DNA of 64,000 nt from positions 67,225 to 131,224 of the forward strand of contig CAVFVI010000002.1 in NCBI GenBank assembly GCA_963626055.1. The letters run 5' to 3'. This document shows, one piece after another, positions 10,018-19,826 of the stretch; the stretch's first letter is position 1; every line of letters starts with the position of its first letter. Source of the DNA: Acutalibacteraceae bacterium (GTDB lineage Bacteria > Bacillota > Clostridia > Oscillospirales > Ruminococcaceae). The notes beneath the pieces are model-generated. The model had not been told where the DNA came from. It was given only the letters and a program-made list of their open reading frames with translations, and did not search any database. The translations under genes and the position numbers were made by a program.

Positions 10018-10500
10018 TTACTTTGTGTGCGGCTCCGGGCTGCTGTCGATCAGGGCCTGGCGCAGTGGAAGGAAGCTGAAATGGAAGTCATCATACCCGC
10101 TCTTGCACTCTTGCAGATAGCGGCGGGAAGGAACGCCGAGGGGGTGGCTGGCAGGCAAGGTGTAAAGGATCGCTTCGATATTATGCAGTACCTCCCGCCG
10201 CGTGGTAACGTCCCAGACGCACTGTACCTGCATTGTCTGCTTCTGGTAGAAATATGGAACCCCGGCATAGACATCCAGAGCCTGCTCGTCCTTATCAGAA
10301 ATTTCATAGACCCCGCAGCCCACCATAGACGGGCACCAGGGCTGCTGAAAATCCGTGGTCAAAAAGCAGCCGTTCTTGGAACCACGGAATACCAGGCGCA
10401 CACCGGATAAATAAGTATACCCGACCACACGGGCGCTGGGGCACCGCTGGCGCATCTGCACCAGGTTGAGGTTGGGACCGTAAGCCAAGTAATACTTCAT
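10018..10500 (-). CDS. gamma-glutamylcyclotransferase (AIG2/GGCT-like) family protein
   Basis: N-terminus MKYYLAYGPNLNLVQMRQRCP is typical of the YGSN-type GGCT fold. 160 aa. Confidence 0.6.
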   Translation of the reverse strand: MKYYLAYGPNLNLVQMRQRCPSARVVGYTYLSGVRLVFRGSKNGCFLTTDFQQPWCPSMVGCGVYEISDKDEQALDVYAGVPYFYQKQTMQVQCVWDVTTRREVLHNIEAILYTLPASHPLGVPSRRYLQECKSGYDDFHFSFLPLRQALIDSSPEPHTK

Positions 10501-10782
10501 TTTCAGTTTGCCTCCAATTTACAATTCCGTAATAATTATATTGTAATTCTGATATGCCGATAACGCAAGGCACCAAGTTACACAAACTTATTGCCTTGGG
10601 ATTGTTGGGGGTTCTGTTGTTCTGCTGTTTTTATGGGCGATTACGGCATAAATCGTTTGAATTATGAGATTTAATGTTAAAATCAAACGGCAACGGCATG
10701 ATAAGATGGTTCTAAGATAATATCGTCTTTTCATGTGTTTACAGCTTTTCAGGCCGGTGAAAATATGCTATGATAAAGTTAT

Positions 10783-11412
10783 TCATTTTTGATTGCGGTG
10801 CCGGAAAAATCGGGGCTCTGTCCCCTGCCGGATCCGCAGCAGGCCGCGGTAATGGCGGCTGAACATGATAAGCGCGAGGGCCAGGGTCAGAACGCCGCTT
10901 TCCGGGCCGTAGGTGAGCCATGCGGGCAGGATGGCCAGCGCCGGGATCACCACAGCCCCCAGTGGCAGGTAGCCGAGCCATAGGACCAGTGCCCCGCCAG
11001 CAAGGCAGCAAAGCGTGCCCCAAAGCGGAAGATACAACATGAGCCAGACGCAGGTTACCGCAACCCCCTTGCCGCCGCGGAACCTTGCCCATGCGGGATA
11101 GTTGTGGCCCAGCACCGCGCCAACCCCGGCATATAAGATGGACGCCCGCCCGATCAGCGGTGCCGTGGCATAATACGCCGCACCGCAGGCGGCAATGGTT
11201 TTTAACGCATCGCCCGCCAGTGTCAGCAGGCCGGCCCCCTTGCCCAGCTGGGCCATGATATTAGCCATGCCAGGGTTGCCGGTGCCGAGCTGCCGGGCGC
11301 TTTTGCCCGAAACAACGCGGGCAACAATTTCTGCAGTGAGAACACTGCCGAACAGATAGCCCAGCAGGATACAGGCCAGCCGGGCAGCAAACGCGTCTGG
11401 ATGCATAAACAA
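10783..11412 (-). CDS. plsY: glycerol-3-phosphate acyltransferase PlsY
   Basis: 209-aa membrane protein with the GTGNPGMANI motif and HNYPAW...GGKGVA, both characteristic of PlsY. Confidence 0.8.
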   Translation of the reverse strand: MFMHPDAFAARLACILLGYLFGSVLTAEIVARVVSGKSARQLGTGNPGMANIMAQLGKGAGLLTLAGDALKTIAACGAAYYATAPLIGRASILYAGVGAVLGHNYPAWARFRGGKGVAVTCVWLMLYLPLWGTLCCLAGGALVLWLGYLPLGAVVIPALAILPAWLTYGPESGVLTLALALIMFSRHYRGLLRIRQGTEPRFFRHRNQK

Positions 11413-11500
11413 GAACTCCTTTTCCCACTGTGAATGCGGTGGTGCTTTATACTAAGTATATTATAGTCCTCCACGCAAGGGGGCAATACGAGGGATATCC

Positions 11501-12076
11501 ATGAATTTTGATGAGCTGAAACAGCAGTGCCTGGCGTGCCAACGCTGCGGGCTGTGCGAGACCCGAACCCATGTGGTGTTTGGGCAGGGCGTGCCGGATG
11601 CAGAGGTGCTTTTTGTGGGCGAAGGCCCCGGTGCCAACGAGGATGCGCAGGGCCTGCCGTTTGTGGGCCGCAGCGGCCAGCTGCTGGACCATTACCTGGA
11701 AGCGATCGACCTTGACCGCAGCAAGAATATTTATATTGCCAATATTGTCAAATGCCGCCCGCCGGAAAACCGCGACCCCGCCCCGGAAGAATCCGCCGCC
11801 TGCCTGCCGTGGCTGCGCATGCAGTTCCGGCTGCTGCGCCCCAAAATTGTGGTGTGCCTGGGCCGCATTGCCGCCCAGCAGATGATTGGGAAAGATTTTT
11901 CCGTCACACGGGATCACGGCAAGTTTTTTGATAAGCAGGGCACATTGTTTATGGCAACCCTGCACCCGGCGGCGCTGCTGCGCAACCCCAAAAGCAAGAT
12001 ATCGGCGTTTGAAGATTTTGTGGCCCTGCGCGAGAAAATAGAGCAGGTGTGCGACCATACCTATAACCGCAGCTGA
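11501..12076 (+). CDS. uracil-DNA glycosylase, family 4
   Basis: CQRCGLC...[35 protein letters not shown] and HPAALLRNP motifs. Confidence 0.8.
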   Translation: MNFDELKQQCLACQRCGLCETRTHVVFGQGVPDAEVLFVGEGPGANEDAQGLPFVGRSGQLLDHYLEAIDLDRSKNIYIANIVKCRPPENRDPAPEESAACLPWLRMQFRLLRPKIVVCLGRIAAQQMIGKDFSVTRDHGKFFDKQGTLFMATLHPAALLRNPKSKISAFEDFVALREKIEQVCDHTYNRS

Positions 12077-12100
12077 CGCCCCCGACAGGAGGATAGACCC

Positions 12101-14494
12101 TTGCAGGAACCAGAATCCCGGATCCAGATCACATTACCGGTGCGCCAGCTGGTTGAGTTTTTGCGCCGGGTTGGCAGCATTGACAACCGCTTTACCGGCT
12201 TTGACCGTGCGAATGAGGGCGCGCGCATCCACCGCAAATTGCAGCGCGCCGCTGTAAAAGAACATGCTGATTATGCCGCGGAGGTATTTCTTCGCGGTAT
12301 TTTTGCGTATGAAGAAATTGAATTCACGCTGGAAGGCCGCGCTGACGGTATTTTTACCGCGGCGGACGGCATTACCGTGGTGGATGAAATCAAGACTACC
12401 GCACGCCCGGCGGCGGATATTACCCCGGATTTTGCGCCGGAGCATTGGGCGCAGGGCATTGTGTATGCGGCGATTTACGCCGCACAGCATGAACTGGAAG
12501 AAGTTCGGGTTCAGCTGACTTATTTCCAGGTCGATGAAGAGTTGATCCTGCGGTTTGAGCGGCTGTATACCGCCCAGCAGCTGCAAGATGAGGTGGAAGC
12601 CCTGTTGGCTGAATATGCCCCCTGGGCCCGGCGGGCGGTGGAATGGAAAAAGGCGCGGAATACGGATTTGCAGGCATTGCAGTTCCCTTTTCCCTCTTAT
12701 CGTCCTGGTCAGCGCGCGATGGCGGGCGAGGTATACAAAGTGTGCCGGGATGGCGGCCAGCTTTTGTGCCAGGCGCCAACCGGAATCGGCAAATCCATGA
12801 GCGTGCTGTTCCCTGCTCTGAAAGCGATGGGCAGCGAGGGTGTGGGGCCGATTTTCTATCTGACGGCCCGCGGCACGACCCGCGCGGCGGCGGAAAATGC
12901 GCTGGCGATCCTGCGCGATGCTGAACCGGAGCTGCACCTGCGCAGCGTAACGCTGACGGCCAAGGATAAAATCTGCCTGTGTGAAACGCGGGAATGCACT
13001 CCCGAAGCCTGCCCCTATGCCAACGGGTATTACGCCCGCATCAAGGAAGCCCTGTGGGATGTGTTGGATGTTCCCTGCCTGACAGCAGAAACGCTGCAGG
13101 AATACGCCGAACGCCACAAGGTGTGCCCCTTTGAGCTGGGGCTGGACAGCAGTTTGTGGAGCGATGTGATCATTGGGGATTATAATTATTTGTTTGACCC
13201 GGTCGTGCATCTGGTGCGCTTTTTTGAATCCGCTGGGGATTATATTTTTTTGGTGGACGAAGCGCACAACCTGCCGGGGCGCGCACGGGAGATGCACAGC
13301 GCAGCCCTGACAAAAAGCGGCTTTTATGAAGCGAAAAAGCTGCTGGGCAAAGGCAAAAGCAGCCTGAAAAATGAACTGACCAAAGTAAATGATGCGTTCA
13401 TTGAATGGCGGCACCGCGCCGAGGAAGAGGCGGCCGCCGGGGATGGGCGGTTTGGCAAAACGTTCTTTCTAAAAGAGCGCAGCGAGGAATTTGACCGCTT
13501 GTTGAACCGCCTGTGTGAACCGCTGGAAGCCTGGCTGGATGAGCACCGCGAGCCGGACGAACCCCACGCGGCGCTGCTGCAGCTGTATTTTGATGTGCGG
13601 GCATGGCTGCGCGTGGCGGATACCTTTGACGACCATTTTGTGCTGCAAATCACAGCATCCGGCAGCGAGGTACGGGCAGCACAGCTTTGCCTTGACCCCA
13701 GCGCTTTTTTGGCGGACAATTTTGCTTTGGGGCGCGCGGCGGTGCTGTTCAGCGCAACGCTGGCCCCGGCCAGTTATTATAAGGACCTGTGCGGCGTGGC
13801 GGAAGCGCGGGCGGTTGCCCTGCGCAGCCCTTTCCCCGTTGGCAATCAGGGGCTGTTCTGCATCGGGAATGTCAGCACACGGTATAAAGACCGGGACACC
13901 AGCCTTGCCGCTGTGGCGGAAAGTCTGGCAGCAATGGTACGGGCGCAGCGCGGGAATTATCTGGCGTTTTTCCCCAGCTATGCGTATATGGAACAGGCTT
14001 ATGCGCAGTTCACCGCCATCTGCCCGGAAATCAGCTGCATCAAGCAGGAAAACGCAATGGATGAACAGCAGAAAGCGGACTTTCTGGCCCGGTTCGCGCC
14101 GCACCCCGGCCAGACTTTGCTCGGTTTTGCCGTGATGGGCGGCGTGTTTGGCGAGGGTGTTGACCTGGCTGGTGACCGGTTGATCGGCGTGGGCATTGTG
14201 GGGCCTGGGCTGCCGCAGGTCGGCCCCCGGCAGGAGCAGCTGCGGGACTATTTTGAGCAGACGCGCGGTTCCGGGTTTGACTATGCCTACCGCTACCCCG
14301 GCATGAACAAGGTGCTGCAAGCTGCCGGGCGGGTGATCCGCACCCCGCAGGACAAAGGGGTGGTTCTGTTGATCGATAACCGCTTTGCTATGCCGGACTA
14401 TCGCCGCCTGATGCCCCCGCATTGGAGCCACCTGAAAACGATTTATAACACGGAAGAGCTGGAACGGGAACTCCGGCAGTTCTGGGAAGAATAA
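12101..14494 (+). CDS. XPD/DinG-family Fe-S DNA helicase with an N-terminal PD-(D/E)XK nuclease-like domain
   Basis: TTG start after AGGAGG. N-terminus has GRADGI...VVDEIKT...QGIVYAAIY (nuclease-like). Then Walker A QAPTGIGKS, a 4-Cys cluster CLCETRECTPEACPY...CPFE, VDEAHNL, and C-terminal QAAGRVIR. Confidence 0.75.
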   Translation: MQEPESRIQITLPVRQLVEFLRRVGSIDNRFTGFDRANEGARIHRKLQRAAVKEHADYAAEVFLRGIFAYEEIEFTLEGRADGIFTAADGITVVDEIKTTARPAADITPDFAPEHWAQGIVYAAIYAAQHELEEVRVQLTYFQVDEELILRFERLYTAQQLQDEVEALLAEYAPWARRAVEWKKARNTDLQALQFPFPSYRPGQRAMAGEVYKVCRDGGQLLCQAPTGIGKSMSVLFPALKAMGSEGVGPIFYLTARGTTRAAAENALAILRDAEPELHLRSVTLTAKDKICLCETRECTPEACPYANGYYARIKEALWDVLDVPCLTAETLQEYAERHKVCPFELGLDSSLWSDVIIGDYNYLFDPVVHLVRFFESAGDYIFLVDEAHNLPGRAREMHSAALTKSGFYEAKKLLGKGKSSLKNELTKVNDAFIEWRHRAEEEAAAGDGRFGKTFFLKERSEEFDRLLNRLCEPLEAWLDEHREPDEPHAALLQLYFDVRAWLRVADTFDDHFVLQITASGSEVRAAQLCLDPSAFLADNFALGRAAVLFSATLAPASYYKDLCGVAEARAVALRSPFPVGNQGLFCIGNVSTRYKDRDTSLAAVAESLAAMVRAQRGNYLAFFPSYAYMEQAYAQFTAICPEISCIKQENAMDEQQKADFLARFAPHPGQTLLGFAVMGGVFGEGVDLAGDRLIGVGIVGPGLPQVGPRQEQLRDYFEQTRGSGFDYAYRYPGMNKVLQAAGRVIRTPQDKGVVLLIDNRFAMPDYRRLMPPHWSHLKTIYNTEELERELRQFWEE

Positions 14495-14498
14495 AAGT

Positions 14499-14570
14499 AA
14501 AACAGCACCGCAAGCTTTGTTGTGTGCATAGTCTTACCTGACTGTGCATAACAAGATGCGGTGCTGTTTT
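14499..14570. terminator. long bidirectional hairpin between the convergent helicase and arsC-family genes
   Basis: AAAACAGCACCGCA (14499-14512) pairs with TGCGGTGCTGTTTT (14557-14570). An imperfect inner stem lies between them. Confidence 0.65.
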
Positions 14571-14587
14571 ATTATTTCGCGATGGGA

Positions 14588-14938
14588 TTATTTCAGAGCA
14601 GCGGCCCATTCTTCGGGTTTGAAGCCGACAAGGACAAAATCATCCCCGACAACCAAAGGCCGTTTGACAAGCATGCCGTCCGTGGCAAGCAGGCGCAGCT
14701 GCTCGTCCTCGGTCATGGTGGGCAGTTTGTCTTTCAGTCCAAGGGATTTATATTTCAGGCCGCTCGTGTTAAAAAAGCGGCGCAGGGGCAAGCCGCTGCG
14801 GGCCTGCCATTCTTTCAGCTCCTCATAGGTAGGGTTCTGCTCCAGAATATGGCGGTCGGTGTAGGCGGCGCCGTTTTCATCCAGCCAGCGCTTGGCCTTT
14901 TGGCAGGTAGAGCATTTGGGGTATTCAATAAACAGCAT
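14588..14938 (-). CDS. ArsC/Spx/YffB-family redox protein
   Basis: 116 aa. N-terminal CSTC (CxxC) sits in the MLFIEYPKCSTCQKAKRWL context typical of the ArsC family. Confidence 0.7.
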   Translation of the reverse strand: MLFIEYPKCSTCQKAKRWLDENGAAYTDRHILEQNPTYEELKEWQARSGLPLRRFFNTSGLKYKSLGLKDKLPTMTEDEQLRLLATDGMLVKRPLVVGDDFVLVGFKPEEWAAALK

Positions 14939-14960
14939 GGTACGCTCCTTTGGAATGGGG

Positions 14961-15965
14961 TTATTCTACCGGGATCTTGGCCAGTTGGGCATCCAGCTGG
15001 TCCAGCGCGCTTTCCGGCAGTGCCGATTGCAGGAAGCCCGCGATCTCGCGCAGACAGATTCCCTGCGACAGCGGGTTGGACACAATGGCCTGCCACATAT
15101 CGCCCAATGCGGCTTGCAGCAGAGCGCTGGCCTGCGGGTTCTTCATCAGCTTGCGCACCGGCATGTTCAGGCTGAGCGGCCCCGCGGCGGTCTGGGCGGT
15201 AAGTTCCGCATCCGGTGCAGTAACGCCAAGGCTCCCCCACAGCTTTTGCAAAAAGTCAATACTCATCGGCAGCCACTGGGCGGTGGTGGGGTTCACACGG
15301 GCGGCCTCCGGCCCGGAGGTACAAGCCGTGGCAAGGGAAAGACCGTGTGCCCCGGTCGGGAAGATATGCAGCGCAAATGGGATGCCATGATCCGCCAGCG
15401 CATCCGCAAAGACAAGGCTGTTCTTGACCGGAACCAGTGCATCCCCCTGGGTGGCGAACAGGAACGTTGGCGGGGTATCGTCATCGACCAGCGTGTGCAG
15501 ATCGGGTTCCTGGCGGCCGGTGATGGTCCACATTGCCCCCAGCGTTGCGGCATAGCCCAGAACAAGGGCGTTGGGGCGCTGCGCCTTGGGGAGCCTTGTT
15601 CCCAGCAAAGCGACCAGGTGCCCACCGGCAGAAAAACCAACGGCGGCGATCTGCTGCGGGTCGATTTCCAGCTCCGCGGCGTTGGCACGCAGGTAATCCA
15701 TTGCGGCAGCGCCATCCTGCAAAGCTTTATCAATGGGGGTGGTTGCATCTACCGTATAGCGCAGAACAAACGCGTTGAAGCCCTGTGCCAGATAGGCCAG
15801 AGCGACCGGTTCGGCTTCGCGATCAGAGCAGTACTGGTAGCCGCCGCCGGGCACGACCAGCATAGCCGGGCGGATGTCGGCATTCGGCATTTTGGGGCTT
15901 TGGTCCTGCAAGTAGCAGGTCAGAACAGCCTGGTTGGGGGCAAGTGTGACGGTGGTAATTTTCAT
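14961..15965 (-). CDS. alpha/beta hydrolase (esterase/lipase type)
   Basis: VVPGGGY oxyanion region, nucleophile elbow GFSAGGH, and a later HGL. About 90 extra aa at the C-terminus. Confidence 0.7.
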   Translation of the reverse strand: MKITTVTLAPNQAVLTCYLQDQSPKMPNADIRPAMLVVPGGGYQYCSDREAEPVALAYLAQGFNAFVLRYTVDATTPIDKALQDGAAAMDYLRANAAELEIDPQQIAAVGFSAGGHLVALLGTRLPKAQRPNALVLGYAATLGAMWTITGRQEPDLHTLVDDDTPPTFLFATQGDALVPVKNSLVFADALADHGIPFALHIFPTGAHGLSLATACTSGPEAARVNPTTAQWLPMSIDFLQKLWGSLGVTAPDAELTAQTAAGPLSLNMPVRKLMKNPQASALLQAALGDMWQAIVSNPLSQGICLREIAGFLQSALPESALDQLDAQLAKIPVE

Positions 15966-16080
15966 GGGGATCCCTCGCTTTCACGCACATATTTAATATT
16001 TGACTGTATTGTGGCATTTGTGCCGGGGAACGACAAGCGAGATTGCAAAAGTTTTGTTCAAATTTTACATATTGTCCATA

Positions 16081-16869
16081 TCATTTGTGGCCGGAAGGAT
16101 GCAGATCCTCCCGCTGCTCCTGCAGGGTCTTGCCGATGGTATGCTCCATGGCTTTTACATCCTGGTGCAAAGCGGCGGCTTCCCGCTGCAGTTCGGGGTT
16201 CTCTTCAATATCCTCACGGATGAACATGAAGCAAAGGCTGACCAGCAGCGAGGCGCAGCAGAACCAGATCACGCGGTTGCCAAAGTGGATGGTCAACAGG
16301 CTGCCCGCGGCAGCGCCAACGGCGAACAACGCAATGACGGCGAAGTACTGCATGGAGCGGCGCAGAACCGCACGGTCTTTTGTGTGCAGGCCGGTGTACA
16401 GATACTGCATGCCGCTGCGCATGTTGCCGATGCACATGGTGCTGGCGTATGCGTTGCCGTGAACTTTGCGGAAAGACTGGACCTGCATAGCGCAGACAAA
16501 ACTGACCAGCATGTTGGCCAGCCAGTCCAGATTGTTGGGGATAAAGCCAACAACGAACAGCAGTGCAATTTCGATCAGCAAAACCAGCTGGCGCCAGTGG
16601 AAGCGCTCCATCAGGTGGTAGCGGCTGCGGATGCCCTCGGCAAAATAGACACCGGCGGCAAAAGCCAGCAGCGGCAAAAGATACCGCAGCGCTTTGGCAA
16701 AATCGCCCTCGCAAAAGTTGGTGGCCATCAACACAATATTGCCTGTTTGGGCGTTGGCAAAAACTTTGCCGCGGCCCATGTAAGTGTAAGCATCCTGGAA
16801 CCCGCCGGACAAGGTAAGAAACACTGTGGTACGGAATGCTTCGGACATTTGGCGGCTATGCGTAGCCAT
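16081..16869 (-). CDS. YoaK/DUF1275 family membrane protein
   Basis: SGGFQDAYTYMGRGKVFANAQTGNIVL motif. Polytopic membrane protein. Confidence 0.65.
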   Translation of the reverse strand: MATHSRQMSEAFRTTVFLTLSGGFQDAYTYMGRGKVFANAQTGNIVLMATNFCEGDFAKALRYLLPLLAFAAGVYFAEGIRSRYHLMERFHWRQLVLLIEIALLFVVGFIPNNLDWLANMLVSFVCAMQVQSFRKVHGNAYASTMCIGNMRSGMQYLYTGLHTKDRAVLRRSMQYFAVIALFAVGAAAGSLLTIHFGNRVIWFCCASLLVSLCFMFIREDIEENPELQREAAALHQDVKAMEHTIGKTLQEQREDLHPSGHK

Positions 16870-17002
16870 GATAGAACCCCTCCCCGCCTGCTGTTTGGGC
16901 AGGCTGTTTTCTCTTTTGAATATGCCTTTGAATTTGTCTTGAAATAAGCCCTATATACTTTTATCGTTTTTATGCAAAGCAGCACCGAACTGCTCTACCG
17001 CC

Positions 17003-17515
17003 TTAAAACTCAACGCCCTTTCTTGCGGGAATGCCTTTTTCGTAAGGGTGGCGGCGGCAGCACATTTCGGTAATGTAATCCGCGGCATCCAGCATCCAGG
17101 GGGCCGGGTCGCGGCCGGTCATCACCAGCTCCTGCTCGGTGGGCTTGTGCAGAACGGCGTTTTGCAGTAAATCCCGGTCCACCATATTCAGCTTCCAGGC
17201 GGCGCAGGCTTCGTCCAGGATCAGGAGATCTGCCGGTTGGGCAAGTGCCTGGCGCAGATTCTCGGTTTGCAGCGCACGGGTGGCGGCTTTTTCTTCCTCA
17301 TTCATCTGGAACACAAATTTCTGCCCGGCCTTGCCGCGGTAGAAAGTCGCGCCAAGGGTTTGCAGCGGCTCCAGTTCCCCGGTTGCACCGCCTTTCAAAA
17401 ACTGCACGATCACCACGCGCCGCCCGCAGCCCAGCGCGCGCACAGCCAGGCCCATGGCGGCGGTAGTTTTACCCTTGCCATCGCCGTGGTACAAATGAAT
17501 CAAGCCGTTGCTCAT
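17003..17515 (-). CDS. cobO: cob(I)yrinic acid a,c-diamide adenosyltransferase (CobO/BtuR type)
   Basis: HLYHGDGKGKTTAAMGLAVRALG...VQFLKG...LILDE. Track ORF trimmed to the ATG at 17515, which overlaps the upstream gene's stop as ATGA. Confidence 0.8.
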   Translation of the reverse strand: MSNGLIHLYHGDGKGKTTAAMGLAVRALGCGRRVVIVQFLKGGATGELEPLQTLGATFYRGKAGQKFVFQMNEEEKAATRALQTENLRQALAQPADLLILDEACAAWKLNMVDRDLLQNAVLHKPTEQELVMTGRDPAPWMLDAADYITEMCCRRHPYEKGIPARKGVEF

Positions 17516-18123
17516 ACGGCCCCCTCGCTTTGTGCGGCTTTGGTGTACTGCACGGTTTCGAGCAGCTGCAGGGTGTGGTCTCTCTGCCAGTTGGCAGCAT
17601 CCAGCCGGTAGCCGCCCGCGTTGGGGCCGCACCAGTCATGGTAATCCCGCCGCGGCAGGCCGTAACGGGACATGACCGCCATCTGGATGCCGCCGTGGGC
17701 AACGATCACCAGCTGCTGTTTGTGCTGCGCAAGGCTTTCATCCACCAGTTTGGCGAAAGCGGCACAGCTGCGGTCGCAAAAATCCTGAATCCGCTCCCCG
17801 TCCGGGTGGGCCGCGGTCTTGTTGGCTTCCAGCCAGGCGAGATAGTCGGGGTCATGCTCAATATGGATATAGTGCCGCCCTTCAAAACTGCCAAAGCACA
17901 TTTCCTGCAAATCCTGTACAATGACCTGCAGGCAGCCGGGGAAAAAGATTTCCGCCGTCTGCTGTGCGCGGATCAGGGGGCTGACATAGACAACGTCCGG
18001 CATAAAACCGGCCGGGCGCAGCTGGGCACGCCCGGCGGCGGAAAGCGGAATATCCTGCTGGCCCTGGTACCGGTGCTGGGCGTTATATTCTGTCTGCCCA
18101 TGCCGCAAAAGGTAAATCTGCAT
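17512..18123 (-). CDS. cobC: histidine phosphatase family protein (likely alpha-ribazole phosphatase)
   Basis: The N-terminal LLRHGQT-EYN motif is the RHG catalytic signature. Translationally coupled to cobO. Confidence 0.6.
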   Translation of the reverse strand: MQIYLLRHGQTEYNAQHRYQGQQDIPLSAAGRAQLRPAGFMPDVVYVSPLIRAQQTAEIFFPGCLQVIVQDLQEMCFGSFEGRHYIHIEHDPDYLAWLEANKTAAHPDGERIQDFCDRSCAAFAKLVDESLAQHKQQLVIVAHGGIQMAVMSRYGLPRRDYHDWCGPNAGGYRLDAANWQRDHTLQLLETVQYTKAAQSEGAV

Positions 18124-18240
18124 GATTTCACATCCTGATAATCAATCTTTATCAAACTGGCAGCTGCTGCCAGCTCCGTGCGCTGCATCGGCGCGGCGGA
18201 ACAAGCTGCCGCCGGGAAGCCGGGATACACGAATAAATTT

Positions 18241-18268
18241 ATTATAACATCTTCCCTTTCCTGCGCAA
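18241..18268 (-). promoter_or_regulatory. putative promoter of the cobC-cobO operon
   Basis: Minus strand reads TTGCGC, 16 nt, TATAAT. Confidence 0.4.
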
Positions 18269-18368
18269 GCCCCGTTGGTACATTGTGCGTATAATGCACC
18301 GCTGGAGGGGCCACAATAGGGATACAATACGGTTTGCATGGCAGACCATAAGGGAGCGGACGGGAAAG

Positions 18369-19055
18369 ATGCAGGTAGTACAGGAAATTGTAAATGCGGT
18401 TGTTGCCAGCGTGGTTTCGCTGGTGGTTCTGTTTATCTTAACGCGGCTGGGCGGCAAACGGCAGATTGCCCAGATGAATTTGTTCGACTATGTCAACAGC
18501 ATTACCATCGGTTCCATTGCGGCGGAGATGGCAACCAACCTGGAACAGTGGTACCGCCCGCTTGCGGCGATGATCGTATATGGCATTGCGGCCTTTGCGG
18601 TGCATTACGGCACCTGCAAAAACAGGAAAGTTCGCCTTTGGCTGAGCGGGCAGGCCATTCCATTGATGGAAAACGGAACGATTTATAAAGCGGAGCTGGA
18701 CCGCGCCAAAATCGACCTGAATGAATTTTTGGCACAGGCCAGAGTAGCCGGGTATTTTGATTTGAATGAAGTGCAGTGCGCTATGCTGGAGACCAGCGGC
18801 CAGATCAGCTTTTTGCCCAAAAGTGCCAACCGCCCCGCCACCCCGCAGGATCTTGCCCTCCAGCCGGACCCGGCCAGCAAGTGGTATGACCTGGTGTTGG
18901 ATGGCAAGCTGATTGAAGAAAACCTGCACACCAGCGGCAAGGACCGTACCTGGCTGAACACCCAGCTTTCCCGCGCGGGCATCGGCCAGTTGAGCGAAGC
19001 ATTTTATGCCGCCTGTGACAATCAGGACAACTTTTTCGCCTGCCGCGGAGAATGA
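18369..19055 (+). CDS. DUF421 (YetF-like) membrane protein
   Basis: LTRLGGKRQIAQMNLFDYVNSITIGSIAA motif. Trimmed to the ATG at 18369. Confidence 0.65.
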   Translation: MQVVQEIVNAVVASVVSLVVLFILTRLGGKRQIAQMNLFDYVNSITIGSIAAEMATNLEQWYRPLAAMIVYGIAAFAVHYGTCKNRKVRLWLSGQAIPLMENGTIYKAELDRAKIDLNEFLAQARVAGYFDLNEVQCAMLETSGQISFLPKSANRPATPQDLALQPDPASKWYDLVLDGKLIEENLHTSGKDRTWLNTQLSRAGIGQLSEAFYAACDNQDNFFACRGE

Positions 19056-19099
19056 ACACACCGCGCAGTACCCTGCAAGGCAATGCCATAGAAAAAACG

Positions 19100-19132
19100 G
19101 CAGCAAAAAAGGGGCCGGTGTTACCCGGCCCC
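19100..19132 (-). terminator. intrinsic terminator after rubrerythrin (shared with the convergent DUF421 gene)
   Basis: GGGGCCGG/CCGGCCCC 8-bp stem (19111-19132). Followed on the minus strand by TTTTTTGCTGCCGTTTTTT. Confidence 0.7.
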
Positions 19133-19153
19133 CAATGCGATTTAGGTGTTCAA

Positions 19154-19690
19154 TTATTTGAAGTAACGGTCCAGCAGGCCCTGCATGCCGCGGCCATGGC
19201 GGGCTTCGTCCTTTGCCATTTCATGCACGGTATCATGGATGGCATCCAGGTTCAGAGCCTTTGCCTTCTTGGCCAGCTCCATCTTGCCTGCGCAGGCACC
19301 GGACTCAGCATCCACACGCATCTGCAGGTTCTTCTTGGTGCTGTCGGTCAGAACTTCGCCCAGCAGTTCGGCGAACTTGGAAGCATGCTCAGCTTCCTCA
19401 AAAGCATAACGCTTCCAGGCTTCGGCGATTTCCGGGTAGCCCTCACGGTCAGCAACGCGGCTCATGGCCAGGTACATGCCAACTTCGCTGCACTCGCCAT
19501 TGAAGTTCTCGCGCAGGCCCTGGATGATATCTTCCGGAGCGTCCTTGGCGATACCGACAACATGCTCGGTCACATAGGAGTTATCGGTCTTTTCGATGAA
19601 CTTGGAAGCGGGAGCCTTGCAGACGGGGCAGAAATCGGGGATGGAACCTTCAGCGATGTAGCCACAGACGGTGCAAACGTACTTTTTCAT
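19154..19690 (-). CDS. reverse rubrerythrin (N-terminal rubredoxin-like domain, C-terminal ferritin-like diiron domain)
   Basis: N-terminus CTVCGY...CPVC. The C-terminal half carries ExxH-type diiron motifs ([18 protein letters not shown]). Confidence 0.8.
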   Translation of the reverse strand: MKKYVCTVCGYIAEGSIPDFCPVCKAPASKFIEKTDNSYVTEHVVGIAKDAPEDIIQGLRENFNGECSEVGMYLAMSRVADREGYPEIAEAWKRYAFEEAEHASKFAELLGEVLTDSTKKNLQMRVDAESGACAGKMELAKKAKALNLDAIHDTVHEMAKDEARHGRGMQGLLDRYFK

Positions 19691-19797
19691 AAGAAATACC
19701 TCCGAATCAAAAATAATTGTTTGGTTTTGGTTTTTAGTTTTATGAGCCGCACAAGGTGTTCAACCCTTTTTGAACTCGTTCCCTGTGCTATGGTTAT

Positions 19798-19826
19798 ATT
19801 ATAGCCGCAGGAACGGGAGATGTCAA
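19798..19826 (-). promoter_or_regulatory. consensus sigma-A promoter of rubrerythrin
   Basis: Minus strand reads TTGACA (19821-19826), 17 nt, TATAAT (19798-19803). Confidence 0.65.

Noticed and set aside
16888-16916. Plus-oriented terminator-like hairpin GCCTGC/GCAGGC followed by TGTTTTCTCTTTT, immediately upstream of the YoaK-family gene.
   Set aside because: No plus-strand gene feeds into it. On the minus strand it lies in the 5' UTR right before the SD. It might block antisense read-through or modulate translation, but the evidence is a single 6-7-bp stem.
18124-18368. Possible cobalamin riboswitch upstream of the cobC-cobO operon.
   Set aside because: I looked on the minus strand for the B12-box and the AGGGAA/GGUG/GCCACUG core. 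Only a chance AGGGAA is present, and it lies inside the promoter spacer. The UTR is about 110 nt with two simple hairpins, which is too short and lacks the conserved core. A quick Infernal scan would settle it.
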